A DNA stretch of 8,946 nt. Source: PVC group bacterium (GTDB lineage: Bacteria > GCA-001730085 > JADFSZ01). Made by a program: the position numbers and the translations under genes. Under the pieces are notes generated by a model that saw only the letters and a list, made by a program, of their open reading frames with translations, did not search any database and was not told where the DNA came from. The DNA is taken from positions 1 to 8,946 of the forward strand of contig JADFSZ010000062.1 in NCBI GenBank assembly GCA_022560555.1, written 5' to 3'. This document shows, piece by piece, positions 7,192 through 8,946 of this stretch (the stretch's first letter is position 1; every line of letters starts with the position of its first letter).

Positions 7192-7337
7192 AAAAATACC
7201 GTTATTAGTAAATAGTAAATTGTAAATGGCTAAAAGCGAAAATCGAAACCCGTAAATGGTAAATTGTAAATCGTTAATGGTTAAAAGCAAAAATCAAATG
7301 CCGTACATGGTAACCCGTAAATCGTAAATGGTTAAAA
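7192..7337. repeat. Three tandem 51-bp direct repeat units (7287-7337, 7236-7286, and 7192-7235 cut to 44 bp by the dnaE ATG), each holding four GTAAAT-like heptamers in 7-bp phase
   Basis: Plus-strand heptamer hexamer cores start at 7201/7208/7215/7222, 7252/7259/7266/7273 and 7303/7310/7317/7324, exactly 51 bp apart between units. Cores are GTTATT GTAAAT GTAAAT GTAAAT; GTAAAT GTAAAT GTAAAT GTTAAT; GTACAT GTAACC GTAAAT GTAAAT. Each block is followed by GGYTAAAAGCRAAAATCRAA. By hand alignment, units 7236-7286 and 7287-7337 match at 41 of 51 positions. Confidence 0.85.
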
Positions 7338-7447
7338 AACGAGAGGATTTATTAATCGATAGCTTTACATGGAAGATTTCATTGACATTGTACCAAATTC
7401 TAAGTCATTAATGCATTCATTTTCCAATACTTTTCAAACCTTTCACG

Positions 7448-7476
7448 AATTACAATTTACAATTTACCATTTACGG
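7448..7476. repeat. Inverted copy of the four-heptamer block (AATTAC ATTTAC ATTTAC ATTTAC, 7-bp phase), ending 3 nt before the guaA stop codon
   Basis: 7455-7476 (ATTTACAATTTACCATTTACGG) is the exact reverse complement of 7250-7271 (CCGTAAATGGTAAATTGTAAAT), a 22/22 match. Hexamer starts at 7448/7455/7462/7469 keep the 7-bp phase. Confidence 0.85.
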
Positions 7477-7479
7477 AAA

Positions 7480-8946
7480 TTATTCCCATTCAATCGTACT
7501 TGGGGGTTTAGAACTAATGTCATAGACCACACGATTAATCCCTCGAACTTCATTGGTGAGCCGGCTTGAAATTGAACTCAACACAGAGTAAGGCAGTTTG
7601 ACCCAGTCCGCCGTCATGCCGTCAGAGCTTTTCACCGACCGAACGGCAATGGTGTATTCATATGTTCTTTCATCCCCCATAACCCCCACCGATTTTATGG
7701 GTAACAATACGGCAAATGTTTGCCACGTTTTGAAATATAATCCGGCCTTTTTTATCTCGCTGACAACAATATGATCCGCTTGACGCAAAATATCCAAGCG
7801 CTTTTTTGTAATTTTTCCCAAGATCCTCACGGCTAGACCCGGCCCGGGAAAAGGTTGCCGCATCAAAATCTCTTCAGGAAGCTTGAGCTCTCGGCCCAAA
7901 ACTCTCACTTCATCCTTGAATAACTCCCGAAGAGGTTCTATAAGTTTTAATCTCATCCTTTTTGGCAATCCCCCCACGTTATGATGACTTTTTATTGTAG
8001 CCGAAGGACCTTTCACGGATATACTTTCAATCACATCGGGATAGAGAGTGCCTTGCGCAAGATACGTCACGTGCCCGATTTTTTTAATTTCCCTTTCGAA
8101 CACATGAATAAATTCTTGTCCGATGATTTTTCGTTTCTTCTCTGGATCTGTCACACCGCTTAATTTCGAAAGAAAATTATGCGTTGCATCCACATAACGA
8201 AAATTTATCTTGAGTTTTTTTCGATACAAACGAATCACCTTTTTCGCTTCATCCAGGCGTAAAAGACCGTTATTCACAAACACACACGTTAATTGTTTTT
8301 TAATCGCTTTATGAAGGATAACAGACGCAACCAAAGAATCCACGCCACCGCTCACACCACAAATCACCCGCTCGTTCCCGACACTCTTTTGGATATCCTT
8401 AATGGAGGCATGAAGTAAATTTGCCATCGTCCATTGACGACGGCAATGACAAATCTTAAATATAAAATTCGCGATCATACGCCCTCCCTTATGCGTATGC
8501 GCCACTTCGGGATGAAACTGCACGCCGTATAGATTTTTATCGCGATGACGAATGGCTGCGTACGGCGCGTTGGAGGTCCGGGCTAAAACATCAAATCCTT
8601 TTGGCAGCCGTGTGGTATGATCCCCATGACTCATCCAAACAGGAACGGATTCCTTCGAAGAAAATCCCGAAAACAGATCAGTGGCTTTTGACACGCTGAT
8701 GCGGGCAAGCCCATACTCTCGACTTTTGGCTTTGGCCACTCGTCCCCCGAGAAGCTTACACATCAGCTGCATACCGTAACAAACGCCTAAAACCGGACGG
8801 TCAAGGTCGAAAAGACCGGAAGGAACATCGGGAGCTTTTTTTCCATAAACACTGGATGGACCGCCCGAAAGAATGATGCCTTTAACAAAAGAATCATTCA
8901 GGACACGCATGGATACATTGTAGGGATGAATTTCACAGTAAACTTT
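7480..8946 (-). CDS. guaA: GMP synthase, glutamine-hydrolysing (GuaA); the 5' end runs off the right edge (about 25-35 aa missing)
   Basis: GATase domain: GVCYGMQLM (catalytic Cys) and VQFHPEV. ATP pyrophosphatase P-loop: GVSGGVDSLV. Canonical C-terminus: KPPSTIEWE. The frame stays open and GuaA-like upstream of the track's Met at 8910 (KVYCEIHPYNVSMRVLNDSFVKGIILSGGPSS), so the real start lies beyond 8946. Confidence 0.95.
   Translation of the reverse strand, partial: KVYCEIHPYNVSMRVLNDSFVKGIILSGGPSSVYGKKAPDVPSGLFDLDRPVLGVCYGMQLMCKLLGGRVAKAKSREYGLARISVSKATDLFSGFSSKESVPVWMSHGDHTTRLPKGFDVLARTSNAPYAAIRHRDKNLYGVQFHPEVAHTHKGGRMIANFIFKICHCRRQWTMANLLHASIKDIQKSVGNERVICGVSGGVDSLVASVILHKAIKKQLTCVFVNNGLLRLDEAKKVIRLYRKKLKINFRYVDATHNFLSKLSGVTDPEKKRKIIGQEFIHVFEREIKKIGHVTYLAQGTLYPDVIESISVKGPSATIKSHHNVGGLPKRMRLKLIEPLRELFKDEVRVLGRELKLPEEILMRQPFPGPGLAVRILGKITKKRLDILRQADHIVVSEIKKAGLYFKTWQTFAVLLPIKSVGVMGDERTYEYTIAVRSVKSSDGMTADWVKLPYSVLSSISSRLTNEVRGINRVVYDISSKPPSTIEWE

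Noticed and set aside
7192-7290. 33-aa N-terminal extension of DnaE suggested by the ORF track (MLLTINDLQFTIYGFRFSLLAIYNLLFTNNGIF)
   Set aside because: It starts at a TTG inside the repeat array and simply translates the heptamer repeats. Conserved DnaE begins a few residues before FVHLHVHSEYS, which fits the ATG at 7191.
7192-7337. CRISPR array
   Set aside because: The repeat units are contiguous with no unique spacers. The units are only about 80 percent identical. There are no cas genes.
7382-7410. Perfect -35 hexamer TTGACA on the plus strand (7382-7387), possibly driving an antisense or small RNA toward the guaA 3' end
   Set aside because: The best -10 candidates at 17-19 nt spacing (TCATTA, CATTAA, ATTAAT) are poor or badly spaced. 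This is likely a chance match in AT-rich DNA. Minus-strand dnaE promoter candidates in the same spacer (TGGAAA-18-TAGAAT; TTGAAA-19-ATTAAT with an upstream TG) are equally ambiguous, so none is reported as a feature.
7192-7479. Replication origin (oriC) or DUE interpretation of the AT-rich repeat region next to dnaE
   Set aside because: I found no DnaA-box-like 9-mers (TTATCCACA or TGTGGATAA, or one-off variants) in the spacer. No dnaA or dnaN is adjacent. The repeats differ from known DUE 13-mers. This is not excluded, but it is unsupported.
7369-7569. 66-aa plus-strand ORF spanning the spacer and the guaA 3' end (also 7981-8163)
   Set aside because: It overlaps the guaA coding sequence antisense. 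Its LQFTIY segment is just the translated inverted heptamer block. There is no RBS.
8910-8946. Met at 8910 as the guaA start
   Set aside because: The frame is open to the window edge, and the upstream residues (KVYCEIHPYNVS) still align with the GuaA GATase N-terminal region. The gene is truncated by the window.

Overview
All six supportable genes lie on the minus strand. In transcription order they are guaA (5' end off the right edge), dnaE, a soluble REC-PAS-histidine kinase, a bactofilin fused to a C-terminal excisionase-type HTH, a small HTH protein with a C-terminal transmembrane helix, and trpE (3' end off the left edge). I hand-translated trpE because the ORF track omits it: it has no stop codon in the window. 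The flanking genes are ordinary housekeeping genes. I see no transposase, integrase, CRISPR array, tRNA or rRNA, and no recognisable defence or toxin genes. Two things are not explained by routine annotation. (1) The three-gene cluster at 1097-3585 couples a sensor kinase to two proteins with the same type of small DNA-binding domain, one fused to a polymer-forming bactofilin core and one anchored by a membrane helix. (2) The 288-bp guaA-dnaE spacer (7192-7479) is highly structured. It holds three tandem 51-bp units, each with four GTAAAT-type heptamers in 7-bp phase, running right up to the dnaE ATG. A fourth heptamer block sits in inverted orientation next to the guaA stop, giving a perfect 22-bp long-range inverted repeat. 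Whether either is novel cannot be decided without database searches. Functional ideas below are labelled as inference. The plus-strand ORFs in the track all look like antisense shadows of the minus-strand genes.
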